A stretch of DNA of 64,000 bases from Nemertoderma westbladi (taxonomy: Eukaryota; Animalia; Xenacoelomorpha): assembly GCA_032718475.1 (NCBI GenBank), contig JAUCBJ010007098.1, positions 21,633 to 85,632 of the forward strand, read 5' to 3'. The notes under the pieces are model-generated. The model had not been told where the DNA came from, did no database searches, and was given only the letters and a program-made list of their open reading frames with translations. The stretch's first letter is position 1; the number at the start of each line of letters is the position of its first letter. Both the position numbers and the translations under genes were made by a program. Shown here piece after piece: positions 35,950 to 48,838 of the stretch.

Positions 35950-36017
35950 GCTTGACACTTTGTGACAGAGTGGGTCAAAAATCGTGAACTTTGCGTGACA
36001 TACCTTATGAACGCCTT
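35950..36017. mobile_element. Solo end of a family B MITE
   Basis: TGCGTGACATACCTTATGAACGCC matches the TIR at 21917-21940. Confidence 0.65.
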
Positions 36018-37806
36018 TTTACCATAATGTTTTTCTGTACTCTTTACATACAAAAAGACCAAATTCCATTACGCTACAAAAATAAAAGCCCTGAATCCAA
36101 GTTAAACGGGAACATTACCCCAAATCTATTTTTTTTATTTATAAAGCTACTATTCTGAAACTTTAACACAATGATCTGTGATATTTTATAATGAAAACTG
36201 AGTATGGGTAGCTTTGTAAACACTTTTGTTCCAAATTTTTGGCTCTTTTTGTGCAGGTCGATTTTTTCAAAATTTTTATAAATTTTGAGACTTTTATATG
36301 TCAAATAAGTCATGTGAAAGGATCTGTAATACTACCTGGGTTGGGGTTCTCGGTCCAAGACTTTGGAAAAATGGACCTAGATATGTAGGTCATCTTCTAT
36401 GAAAATTTCTGCACAAAATTATTGTTTTTGAAAAATTTATGAGGGTTTTAGTAAGTTTAGGCTGTATTTTGGGAATCAAATATTTTGTGATAGGTAAAGG
36501 GTAGTAGTTACAAAATCTGTTCTTGGAGAATCAAATAGCCATGTTTTACAAAACCAATACTCACTATTAATTGTAGCCTTAAAGATGTTGAACATTTTGG
36601 TTTATGTTTGAAGACAATAATTGATTAAAAATTATAAAAGTAGTAGGGAATTTAGTGATGAAAAAAGTCAAGATCGACCAACTGAGAAAAAGGTTGTTTT
36701 ATACAGAGTCATGAATAACAGTCAAAAATTATTATTATTATGTTGTTGAAAAGTGCTGTTTCGTGGTAAAAAAATAATTAAATGGTGAAAACCGATGTCA
36801 CAATTGAAAGCCCTTCTATCAATTTACAAAAACAGGTACAATTTTTTTTAAATGTGAAAATTTCACTTCCGTGTGTTTAATTATTGTCCGCCCCAACAAA
36901 AATTTTATGTGTAACATTTTATGTTTTATGCTGCATCTTAGATATCTACGGAATTAAAAATAGGAACTACTTACTATCATTGTATTTCTAAAGCAAATAT
37001 TATTTTATCATTAAAAACATATCATCAAGCATATATGTCCTATTACATCGAAAATAAACAGTTGTTTGCTTCTGTAAAATTACAAAAATTGAGTTCGGGA
37101 CTTCAGGTACTTAAGCGACGATAAGATCTACTTTTATATTTTTACGAAAACTCCCTTGCCACACCTTTTATATGAAAGTAGGTTATTTCCTAAAAATATG
37201 TATGTTGTCTCTTATGTAGAAATAGAGAATGATTGAGAATGATTTTTCCCTCACCGTGGTTTGAAAAGTCATTCCTGCAGAATAATCCCCCCAGAAAAAC
37301 CCCGAAGCACAATTAAGAAATTTACAGCTATTTAACTTATTTAGATAAATAATTTATTTTATAAAATTGTAAAAATTTTAACACACACAACTTTTAGTAG
37401 TAACCTTGGTTTGGTATGTGGGACAACACCCCCCCCCCCCCTCCCCCCTCGAGGTTATGAAGATAAAAATGAAGAAATATAAACAAAATAAACTTGATGT
37501 ATTAATGAAGCCATACCATTCGAAATTACCGACATAAAACAAATATCAGTAATATACGTTCGTGTGTAGATTTTAAGCCAAATATAATTATAAAAACAAC
37601 TAAAAGCATCGCAAAATATTGTTTCAATTTTCAACGGTACTACATTATTTCAGTACACGTATCTATTAATATGACTTGTACAGGTCACCACGAGTGGTCA
37701 AATAAAAATACCGTTACATAGAGTAAATAATTACAACGGTAACAATCCATTCGATCTAAAAACAAAACCTAAAGCAAATTGCACAGTTTCAATATTTTCT
37801 AACAGC

Positions 37807-40800
37807 AGTCCAATAATTACTCAACTACTTTCTCAGTAACTGTCCCGTTAGTCCAACAATTACTCAACTACTTTCTCAGTAACTGCCCCGTTAGTCCAAT
37901 AATTACTCAACTACTTTCTCAGTAACTGTCCCGTTAGTCCAACAATTACTCAACTACTTTCTCAGTAACTGCCCCGTTAGTCCAATAATTACTCAACTAC
38001 TTTCTCAGTAACTGTCCCGTTAGTCCAACAATTACTCAACTACTTCAGTAACTGTCCCGTTAGTCCAATAATTACTCAACTACTTTCTCAGTAACTGTCC
38101 CGTTAGTCCAATAATTATTCAACTACTTTCTCAGTAACTGCCAAGTTAATCGAATAATTATTCAACTACTTTCTCAGTAACTGCCAAGTTAGTCCAATTA
38201 TCTTTCTCAGTAACTGCCAAGTTAGTCGAATAATTATTCAACTACTTTCTCAGTAACTGCCAAGTTAGTTGAATAATTATTCAACTACTTTCTCAGTAAC
38301 TGTCCCGTTAGTCCAATAATTACTCAACTACTTCAGCAACTGCCCCGTTAGTCCAATAATTACTCAACTACTTTCTCAGTAACTGTCCCGTTAGTCCAAC
38401 AATTACTCAACTACTTCAGTAACTGTCCCGTTAGTCCAATAATTACTCAACTACTTTCTCAGTAACTGCCCCGTTAGTCCAATAATTACTCAACTACTTT
38501 CTCAGTAACTGTCCCGTTAGTCCAATAATTACTCAACTACTTTCTCAGTAACTGTCCCGTTAGTCCAATAATTACTCAACTACTTCAGTAACTGTCCCGT
38601 TAGTCCAATAATTACTCAACTACATTATCAGTAACTGCCAAGTTAGTCCAATAATTACTCAACTACTTTCTCAGTAACTGTCCCGTTAGTCCAATAATTA
38701 CTCAACTACATTCTCAGTAACTGCCAAGTTAGTCCAATAATTACTCAACTACTTTCTCAGTAACTGTCCCGTTAGTCCAATAATTACTCAACTACTTTCT
38801 CAGTAACTGTCCCGTTAGTCCAATAATTACTCAACTACTTCAGTAACTGTCCCGTTAGTCCAATAATTACTCAACTACATTATCAGTAACTGCCAAGTTA
38901 GTCCAATAATTACTCAACTACTTTCTCAGTAACTGTCCCGTTAGTCCAATAATTACTCAACTACATTATCAGTAACTGCCAAGTTAGTCCAATAATTACT
39001 CAACTACTTTCTCAGTAACTGTCCCGTTAGTCCAATAATTACTCAACTACTTTCTCAGTAACTGTCCCGTTAGTCCAATAATTACTCAACTACATTCTCA
39101 GTAACTGCCAAGTTAGTCCAATAATTACTCAACTACATTATCAGTAACTGCCAAGTTAGTCCAATAATTACTCAACTACTTTCTCAGTAACTGTCCCGTT
39201 AGTCCAATAATTACTCAACTACTTTCTCAGTAACTGTCCCGTTAGTCCAATAATTACTCAACTACATTCTCAGTAACTGCCAAGTTAGTCCAATAATTAC
39301 TCAACTACATTATCAGTAACTGCCAAGTTAGTCCAATAATTACTCAACTACTTTCTCAGTAACTGTCCCGTTAGTCCAATAATTACTCAACTACATTCTC
39401 AGTAACTGCCAAGTTAGTCCAATAATTACTCAACTACTTTCTCAGTAACTGTCCCGTTAGTCCAATAATTACTCAACTACTTTCTCAGTAACTGTCCCGT
39501 TAGTCCAATAATTACTCAACTACTTCAGTAACTGTCCCGTTAGTCCAATAATTACTCAACTACATTATCAGTAACTGCCAAGTTAGTCCAATAATTACTC
39601 AACTACTTTCTCAGTAACTGTCCCGTTAGTCCAATAATTACTCAACTACTTTCTCAGTAACTGTCCCGTTAGTCCAATAATTACTCAACTACTTCAGTAA
39701 CTGTCCCGTTAGTCCAATAATTACTCAACTACATTATCAGTAACTGCCAAGTTAGTCCAATAATTACTCAACTACTTTCTCAGTAACTGTCCCGTTAGTC
39801 CAATAATTACTCAACTACATTATCAGTAACTGCCAAGTTAGTCCAATAATTACTCAACTACATTATCAGTAACTGCCAAGTTAGTCCAATAATTACTCAA
39901 CTACTTTCTCAGTAACTGTCCCGTTAGTCCAATAATTACTCAACTACTTTCTCAGTAACTGTCCCGTTAGTCCAATAATTACTCAACTACTTCAGTAACT
40001 GTCCCGTTAGTCCAATAATTACTCAACTACATTATCAGTAACTGCCAAGTTAGTCCAATAATTACTCAACTACTTTCTCAGTAACTGTCCCGTTAGTCCA
40101 ATAATTACTCAACTACATTATCAGTAACTGCCAAGTTAGTCCAATAATTACTCAACTACATTATCAGTAACTGCCAAGTTAGTCCAATAATTACTCAACT
40201 ACTTTCTCAGTAACTGTCCCGTTAGTCCAATAATTACTCAACTACTTTCTCAGTAACTGTCCCGTTAGTCCAATAATTACTCAACTACTTCAGTAACTGT
40301 CCCGTTAGTCCAATAATTACTCAACTACATTATCAGTAACTGCCAAGTTAGTCCAATAATTACTCAACTACTTTCTCAGTAACTGTCCCGTTAGTCCAAT
40401 AATTACTCAACTACATTATCAGTAACTGCCAAGTTAGTCCAATAATTACTCAACTACTTTCTCAGTAACTGTCCCGTTAGTCCAATAATTACTCAACTAC
40501 TTTCTCAGTAACTGTCCCGTTAGTCCAATAATTACTCAACTACTTCAGTAACTGTCCCGTTAGTCCAATAATTACTCAACTACATTATCAGTAACTGCCA
40601 AGTTAGTCCAATAATTACTCAACTACTTTCTCAGTAACTGTCCCGTTAGTCCAATAATTACTCAACTACATTATCAGTAACTGCCAAGTTAGTCCAATAA
40701 TTACTCAACTACTTTCTCAGTAACTGTCCCGTTAGTCCAATAATTACTCAACTACTTTCTCAGTAACTGTCCCGTTAGTCCAATAATTACTCAACTACAT

Positions 40801-43800
40801 TCTCAGTAACTGCCAAGTTAGTCCAATAATTACTCAACTACATTATCAGTAACTGCCAAGTTAGTCCAATAATTACTCAACTACTTTCTCAGTAACTGTC
40901 CCGTTAGTCCAATAATTACTCAACTACTTTCTCAGTAACTGTCCCGTTAGTCCAATAATTACTCAACTACATTCTCAGTAACTGCCAAGTTAGTCCAATA
41001 ATTACTCAACTACATTATCAGTAACTGCCAAGTTAGTCCAATAATTACTCAACTACTTTCTCAGTAACTGTCCCGTTAGTCCAATAATTACTCAACTACA
41101 TTCTCAGTAACTGCCAAGTTAGTCCAATAATTACTCAACTACTTTCTCAGTAACTGTCCCGTTAGTCCAATAATTACTCAACTACTTTCTCAGTAACTGT
41201 CCCGTTAGTCCAATAATTACTCAACTACTTCAGTAACTGTCCCGTTAGTCCAATAATTACTCAACTACATTATCAGTAACTGCCAAGTTAGTCCAATAAT
41301 TACTCAACTACTTTCTCAGTAACTGTCCCGTTAGTCCAATAATTACTCAACTACATTATCAGTAACTGCCAAGTTAGTCCAATAATTACTCAACTACTTT
41401 CTCAGTAACTGTCCCGTTAGTCCAATAATTACTCAACTACTTTCTCAGTAACTGTCCCGTTAGTCCAATAATTACTCAACTACATTCTCAGTAACTGCCA
41501 AGTTAGTCCAATAATTACTCAACTACATTATCAGTAACTGCCAAGTTAGTCCAATAATTACTCAACTACTTTCTCAGTAACTGTCCCGTTAGTCCAATAA
41601 TTACTCAACTACTTTCTCAGTAACTGTCCCGTTAGTCCAATAATTACTCAACTACATTCTCAGTAACTGCCAAGTTAGTCCAATAATTACTCAACTACAT
41701 TATCAGTAACTGCCAAGTTAGTCCAATAATTACTCAACTACTTTCTCAGTAACTGTCCCGTTAGTCCAATAATTACTCAACTACATTCTCAGTAACTGCC
41801 AAGTTAGTCCAATAATTACTCAACTACTTTCTCAGTAACTGTCCCGTTAGTCCAATAATTACTCAACTACTTTCTCAGTAACTGTCCCGTTAGTCCAATA
41901 ATTACTCAACTACTTCAGTAACTGTCCCGTTAGTCCAATAATTACTCAACTACATTATCAGTAACTGCCAAGTTAGTCCAATAATTACTCAACTACTTTC
42001 TCAGTAACTGTCCCGTTAGTCCAATAATTACTCAACTACATTATCAGTAACTGCCAAGTTAGTCCAATAATTACTCAACTACTTTCTCAGTAACTGTCCC
42101 GTTAGTCCAATAATTACTCAACTACTTTCTCAGTAACTGTCCCGTTAGTCCAATAATTACTCAACTACATTCTCAGTAACTGCCAAGTTAGTCCAATAAT
42201 TACTCAACTACTTTCTCAGTAACTGTCCCGTTAGTCCAATAATTACTCAACTACTTTCTCAGTAACTGTCCCGTTAGTCCAATAATTACTCAACTACATT
42301 ATCAGTAACTGCCAAGTTAGTCCAATAATTACTCAACTACTTTCTCAGTAACTGTCCCGTTAGTCCAATAATTACTCAACTACATTATCAGTAACTGCCA
42401 AGTTAGTCCAATAATTACTCAACTACTTTCTCAGTAACTGTCCCGTTAGTCCAATAATTACTCAACTACTTTCTCAGTAACTGCCCCGTTAGTCCAATAA
42501 TTACTCAACTACTTCAGTAACTGTCCCGTTAGTCCAATAATTACTCAACTACATTATCAGTAACTGCCAAGTTAGTCCAATAATTACTCAACTACTTTCT
42601 CAGTAACTGCCCCGTTAGTCCAATAATTACTCAACTACTTCAGTAACTGTCCCGTTAGTCCAATAATTACTCAACTACATTATCAGTAACTGCCAAGTTA
42701 GTCCAATAATTACTCAACTACTTTCTCAGTAACTGTCCCGTTAGTCCAATAATTACTCAACTACATTCTCAGTAACTGCCCCGTTAGTCCAATAATTACT
42801 CAACTACTTTCTCAGTAACTGTCCCGTTAGTCCAATAATTACTCAACTACATTCTCAGTAACTGCCCCGTTAGTCCAATAATTACTCAACTACTTCAGTA
42901 ACTGTCCCGTTAGTCCAATAATTACTCAACTACTTTCTCAGTAACTGTCCCGTTAGTCCAATAATTACTCAACTACTTTCTCAGTAACTGCCCCGTTAGT
43001 CCAATAATTACTCAACTACTTCAGTAACTGTCCCGTTAGTCCAATAATTACTCAACTACATTCTCAGTAACTGCCCCGTTAGTCCAATAATTACTCAACT
43101 ACTTTCTCAGTAACTGCCCCGTTAGTCCAATAATTACTCAACTACATTCTCAGTAACTGCCCCGTTAGTCCAATAATTACTCAACTACATTCTCAGTAAC
43201 TGCCCCGTTAGTCCAATAATTACTCAACTACATTCTCAGTAACTGCCCCGTTAGTCCAATAATTACTCAACTACTTTCTCAGTAACTGCCCCGTTAGTCC
43301 AATAATTACTCAACTACTTCAGTAACTGTCCCGTTAGTCCAATAATTACTCAACTAAATTCTCAGTAACTGCCCCGTTAGTCCAATAATTCTCAACTACA
43401 TTCTCAGTAACTGCCCCGTTAGTCCAATAATTACTCAACTACTTCAGTAACTGTCCCGTTAGTCCAATAATTACTCAACTACATTCTCAGTAACTGCCCC
43501 GTTAGTCCAATAATTACTCAACTACTTTCTCAGTAACTGTCCCGTTAGTCCAATAATTACTCAACTACATTCTCAGTAACTGCCCCGTTAGTCCAATAAT
43601 TACTCAACTACATTCTCAGTAACTGCCCCGTTAGTCCAATAATTACTCAACTACTTTCTCAGTAACTGTCCCGTTAGTCCAATAATTACTCAACTACTTT
43701 CTCAGTAACTGTCCCGTTAGTCCAATAATTACTCAACTACTTTCTCAGTAACTGTCCCGTTAGTCCAATAATTACTCAACTACATTCTCAGTAACTGTCC

Positions 43801-46723
43801 CGTTAGTCCAATAATTACTCAACTACTTTCTCAGTAACTGCCCCGTTAGTCCAATAATTACTCAACTACATTCTCAGTAACTGCCCCGTTAGTCCAATAA
43901 TTACTCAACTACATTCTCAGTAACTGCCCCGTTAGTCCAATAATTACTCAACTACTTTCTCAGTAACTGTCCCGTTAGTCCAATAATTACTCAACTACAT
44001 TCTCAGTAACTGCCCCGTTAGTCCAATAATTACTCAACTACATTCTCAGTAACTGCCCCGTTAGTCCAATAATTACTCAACTACTTTCTCAGTAACTGTC
44101 CCGTTAGTCCAATAATTACTCAACTACTTTCTCAGTAACTGTCCCGTTAGTCCAATAATTACTCAACTACATTCTCAGTAACTGCCCCGTTAGTCCAATA
44201 ATTACTCAACTAGATTCTCAGTAACTGCCCCGTTAGTCCAATAATTACTCAACTACTTCAGTAACTGTCCCGTTAGTCCAATAATTACTCAACTACTTTC
44301 TCAGTAACTGTCCCGTTAGTCCAATAATTACTCAACTACTTTCTCAGTAACTGCCAAGTTAGTCGAATAATTACTCAACTACTTTCTCAGTAACTGTCCC
44401 GTTAGTCCAATAATTATTCAACTACTTTCTCAGTAACTGTCCCGTTAGTCCAATAATTACTCAACTACTTTCTCAGTAACTGTCCCGTTAGTCCAATAAT
44501 TACTCAACTACTTTCTCAGTAACTGCCAAGTTAGTCGAATAATTACTCAACTACTTTCTCAGTAACTGTCCCGTTAGTCCAACAATTACTCAACTACTTT
44601 CTCAGTAACTGTCCCGTTAGTCCAATAATTCTCAACTACTTTCTCAGTAACTGTCCCGTTAGTCCAATAATTACTCAACTACTTTCTCAGTAACTGTCCC
44701 GTTAGTCCAATAATTACTCAACTACTTTCTCAGTAACTGTCCCGTTAGTCCAACAATTACTCAACTACTTTCTCAGTAACTGTCCCGTTAGTCCAATAAT
44801 TACTCAACTACTTTCTCAGTAACTGTCCCGTTAGTCCAACAATTACTCAACTACTTTCTCAGTAACTGTCCCGTTAGTCCAATAATTACTCAACTACTTT
44901 CTCAGTAACTGTCCCGTTAGTCCAATAATTATTCAACTACTTTCTCAGTAACTGTCCCGTTAGTCCAATAATTATTCAACTACTTTCTCAGTAACTGTCC
45001 CGTTAGTCCAATAATTACTCAACCACTTTCTCAGCAACTGTCCCGTTAGTCCAATAATTACTCAACTACTTCAGTAACTGTCCCGTTAGTCCAATAATTA
45101 CTCAACTACTTCAGTAACTGTCCCGTTAGTCCAATAATTACTCAACTACTTCAGTAACTGTCCCGTTAGTCCAATAATTACTCAACTACTTCAGTAACTG
45201 TCCCGTTAGTCCAATAATTACTCAACTACTTTCTCAGTAACTGTCCCGTTAGTCCAATAATTACTCAACTACTTTCTCAGTAACTGTCCCGTTAGTCCAA
45301 TAATTACTCAACTACTTTCTCAGCAACTGTCCCGTTAGTCCAATAATTACTCAACTACTTCAGTAACTGTCCCGTTAGTCCAATAATTACTCAACTACTT
45401 CAGTAACTGTCCCGTTAGTCCAATAATTACTCAACTACTTCAGTAACTGTCCCGTTAGTCCAATAATTACTCAACTACTTCAGTAACTGTCCCGTTAGTC
45501 CAATAATTACTCAACTACTTTCTCAGTAACTGTCCCGTTAGTCCAATAATTACTCAACTACTTCAGTAACTGTCCCGTTAGTCCAATAATTACTCAACTA
45601 CTTTCTCAGTAACTGTCCCGTTAGTCCAATAATTATTCAACTACTTTCTCAGTAACTCTCCCGTTAGTCCAATAATTACTCAACTACTTTCTCAGTAACT
45701 GTCCCGTTAGTCCAATAATTACTCAACTACTTTCTCAGTAACTGCCAAGTTAGTCGAATAATTACTCAACTACTTTCTCAGTAACTGTCCCGTTAGTCCA
45801 ACAATTACTCAACTACTTTCTCAGTAACTGTCCCGTTAGTCCAATAATTCTCAACTACTTTCTCAGTAACTGTCCCGTTAGTCCAATAATTACTCAACTA
45901 CTTCAGTAACTGTCCCGTTAGTCCAATAATTACTCAACTACTTTCTCAGTAACTGTCCCGTTAGTCCAACAATTACTCAACTACTTTCTCAGTAACTGTC
46001 CCGTTAGTCCAATAATTATTCAACTACTTTCTCAGTAACTGCCAAGTTAGTCCAATAATTCTCAACTACTTTCTCAGTAACTGTCCCGTTAGTCCAATAA
46101 TTACTCAACTACTTCAGTAACTGTCCCGTTAGTCCAATAATTACTCAACTACTTTCTCAGTAACTGTCCCGTTAGTCCAATAATTCTCAACTACTTTCTC
46201 AGTAACTGTCCCGTTAGTCCAATAATTACTCAACTACTTCAGTAACTGTCCCGTTAGTCCAATAATTACTCAACTACTTTCTCAGTAACTGTCCCGTTAG
46301 TCCAACAATTACTCAACTACTTTCTCAGTAACTGTCCCGATAGTCCAATAATTCTCAACTACTTTCTCAGTAACTGTCCCGTTAGTCCAATAATTACTCA
46401 ACTACTTCAGTAACTGTCCCGTTAGTCCAATAATTACTCAACTACTTTCTCAGTAACTGTCCCGTTAGTCCAACAATTACTCAACTACTTTCTCAGTAAC
46501 TGTCCCGTTAGTCAAACAATTACTCAACTACTTTCTCAGTAACTGTCCCGTTAGTCCAATAATTCTCAACTACTTTCTCAGTAACTGTCCCGTTAATCCA
46601 ATAATTACTCAACTACTTCAGTAACTGCCCCGTTAGTCCAATAATTACTCAACTACATTCTCAGTAACTGCCCCGTTAGTCCAATAATTACTCAACTACT
46701 TTCTCAGAAACTGTCCCGTTAGT
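37807..46723. repeat. 43-bp tandem satellite (~205-210 copies) overlapping the 3' end of the CSTF1 CDS
   Basis: Unit AGTCCAATAATTACTCAACTACTTTCTCAGTAACTGTCCCGTT, with 40-bp and substitution variants. The last copy runs into ...CCCGTTAGT|ATCGCC inside the CDS. Confidence 0.98.
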
Positions 46724-48010
46724 ATCGCCTCTAGATTTATTAACCCAAAACCGGATCTTGGCGTCGTCTCCGCAACTGACCATGGCGGCCTGGGTGGGGG
46801 AATGGACGAGCTTCCTAACGAACGAGGAATGTCCCAAACCCAGGAGGTTCTGTCTGTCCGCGTTCCGCGCGTCCCAGGAGCACAACGTCCCTGTCGACTC
46901 GTCCGGGAAGAACACGTAATCCTCTGTGTGATTGAACACGGCCTGGGTGGCGTGTCGTTGTTTGGAGGAACCCGCCCCCGTGTAGATAATAAGCGGACGA
47001 CCGGTGGCAATCTCCCACAGTTTAACCAAGGAATCCTTCCCGCTACTCAGTATGTACTTAGAGTTGCGACTGAATGCGACGGAGCAGACCTCGTCCCCCC
47101 GATGCGCGCCCTCCCATGTGGCGATGCACCTCGCAGACACTCCGTCCCACAGTTTAATTGAGCCGTCCATCGCAGCCGACGCGTACAGCTTCCCGTTGTC
47201 GCTCCATGCGCACGAGACGACCGACTTACGATGTTGTTCGTCCGGGTTGAACCCCGCGAAGCACTGCAACGTGTTGGCGTCGTATAGTCGCAGCACGGGA
47301 TGGTCGCATCCCACCAGCAACCAATCCCCGGAGGGATGGTATGACATACTCCTGATAAACTCGGCTTCCTGGATCGTACGGAAGGAGCGCTTAGCGCTGG
47401 TCTTCGAGTACTCGTAGAACTTAATCGTGTAATCCTTGCTGCCCGAGGCCAGTATCTGCGTGTACGGATGAAAAGCGAGACATGTGACCTCATCCTGGTG
47501 GTCATGGATTGTCTTTATGATGGGGTGGTCTTCGTGGGATGTCTGCCCCGCCATCACCCGTTCCACGTCCATCAGTCGGATGGATTTGTCTTCCGAGCCG
47601 CACGCCGCTATCTGACCGTCCCCGGAGAACGCTGCCGCTCGCACCGGGTGTTTGAAGGAGGTTATGTAGCCGGTCTCGTAGCTGGAAGCCTCGGGCGCGT
47701 GGTAGATAACGTCGCTGTCGAACTCTAGGTCGATACCGGCGCCGGGTTTCACGATTCCTAAGCTGCGGGTTATCGCGTCGGTTTCCCCTTTGCTAGCTTT
47801 CTGCTCCAGTTCCAATTGCGTTCCCATCTGTACGATATGTAGCAGTCGGTCGGACGGGGGACACTCAGGTACGGGTTGGATGACGTTCGCTAGCTGGATC
47901 GCTATCTGATCGTAGCCGTCGTATATAAGTTGGCTGATCATAAGGCGATACATCGTCTCTCGCTCTTTAAGTACTTTGGCCACGTTCAGTGATTTCATCG
48001 ACTTATACAT
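46688..48010 (-). CDS. CSTF1: Cleavage stimulation factor 50 kDa subunit (CstF-50), single uninterrupted ORF
   Basis: N-terminal dimerisation domain (RETMYRLMISQLIYDGY...CPPSDRLL), GIDLEFD linker, and WD40 repeats with family-typical HPIIKTIHDH, AVFNHTEDYVFFPDE, CSWDARNA, HSPT and CGDDAKIRFW. Confidence 0.96.
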   Translation of the reverse strand: MYKSMKSLNVAKVLKERETMYRLMISQLIYDGYDQIAIQLANVIQPVPECPPSDRLLHIVQMGTQLELEQKASKGETDAITRSLGIVKPGAGIDLEFDSDVIYHAPEASSYETGYITSFKHPVRAAAFSGDGQIAACGSEDKSIRLMDVERVMAGQTSHEDHPIIKTIHDHQDEVTCLAFHPYTQILASGSKDYTIKFYEYSKTSAKRSFRTIQEAEFIRSMSYHPSGDWLLVGCDHPVLRLYDANTLQCFAGFNPDEQHRKSVVSCAWSDNGKLYASAAMDGSIKLWDGVSARCIATWEGAHRGDEVCSVAFSRNSKYILSSGKDSLVKLWEIATGRPLIIYTGAGSSKQRHATQAVFNHTEDYVFFPDESTGTLCSWDARNADRQNLLGLGHSSFVRKLVHSPTQAAMVSCGDDAKIRFWVNKSRGDTNGTVSEKVVE

Positions 48011-48157
48011 AATTATTGATGTGACTTAGCAAGTTAGTAAGCTGGCAGGTTAGTGGTTTTACCTAACTTACCGTACCGTTTATCGTAGTGCCTCCGTATG
48101 CCGTAATCTGGTAATCGTGGTAATGCGGAATCATACTGTCACACATAAAGACTTAGT

Positions 48158-48838
48158 CTGAAATGATGATACAAAGACTGAAAGATGTTTATTGGGTTCT
48201 ATCATATTTGAGGCACAGTGACAAACACCTTTCCACAGTGGCCATTTGTCTCAAATTTCACACTGACCCTCTCTGACCTATGTGGCTATGTGTAACTTCA
48301 TAGAAAAAAAAATTTGAATTACCGGTAGGTGATTTTCCGCTTCGAGCAGCACTATTGAAAATCATGAGTTTATGGCTTTTTTCTCAAGGTTGGTCTGGAT
48401 GTTTTCTGCTTATGTTTATCAGTTCACACTATCCTGCTATTTACCCATTACTGCATTACCGGTAGGGTACCGGTACCATAAACAATATGATGTCATTCTT
48501 TTGCAGTTTTGCAATGTGTGGATTTACCAGTCTGCCACTGCCAGTACAGTGTGCCAGATGCCAGTCCGCTTTCTGGAAAATACACTTTTACAGTACTGTA
48601 AGCTACAACTGTCAGACTGTAGCTGTAGGCCCACGCCCACCAACTGTCACACTGTAATACAATAATACTGTACCGGTACATCATCATCACTGCATTACTG
48701 GTAGTGGTAAAGAAAATACAGCATTCTCCGTCTCTCCGGTACAGGCTAAAACCAAAATACTTTCGGTTTCTGTGCTGCTGTGCGTGGTATTTTTGGTAAA
48801 GCAGTGATTTTTACTGTATCCTTATTTTTTCCACGTAC
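48158..48838 (-). other. Candidate 5'-UTR intron of CSTF1
   Basis: Minus-strand donor AAG|GTACGT at 48838, just downstream of a CpG-rich patch (48860-48910); acceptor CATTTCAG at 48158. Confidence 0.45.

Noticed and set aside
36060-37320. AT-rich stretch resembling a DNA-transposon remnant
   Set aside because: No TIRs, TSD or second copy could be defined by eye
46696-47728. Overlapping ORFs on both strands in CSTF1
   Set aside because: By-product of the GC-rich codon usage of the real CDS
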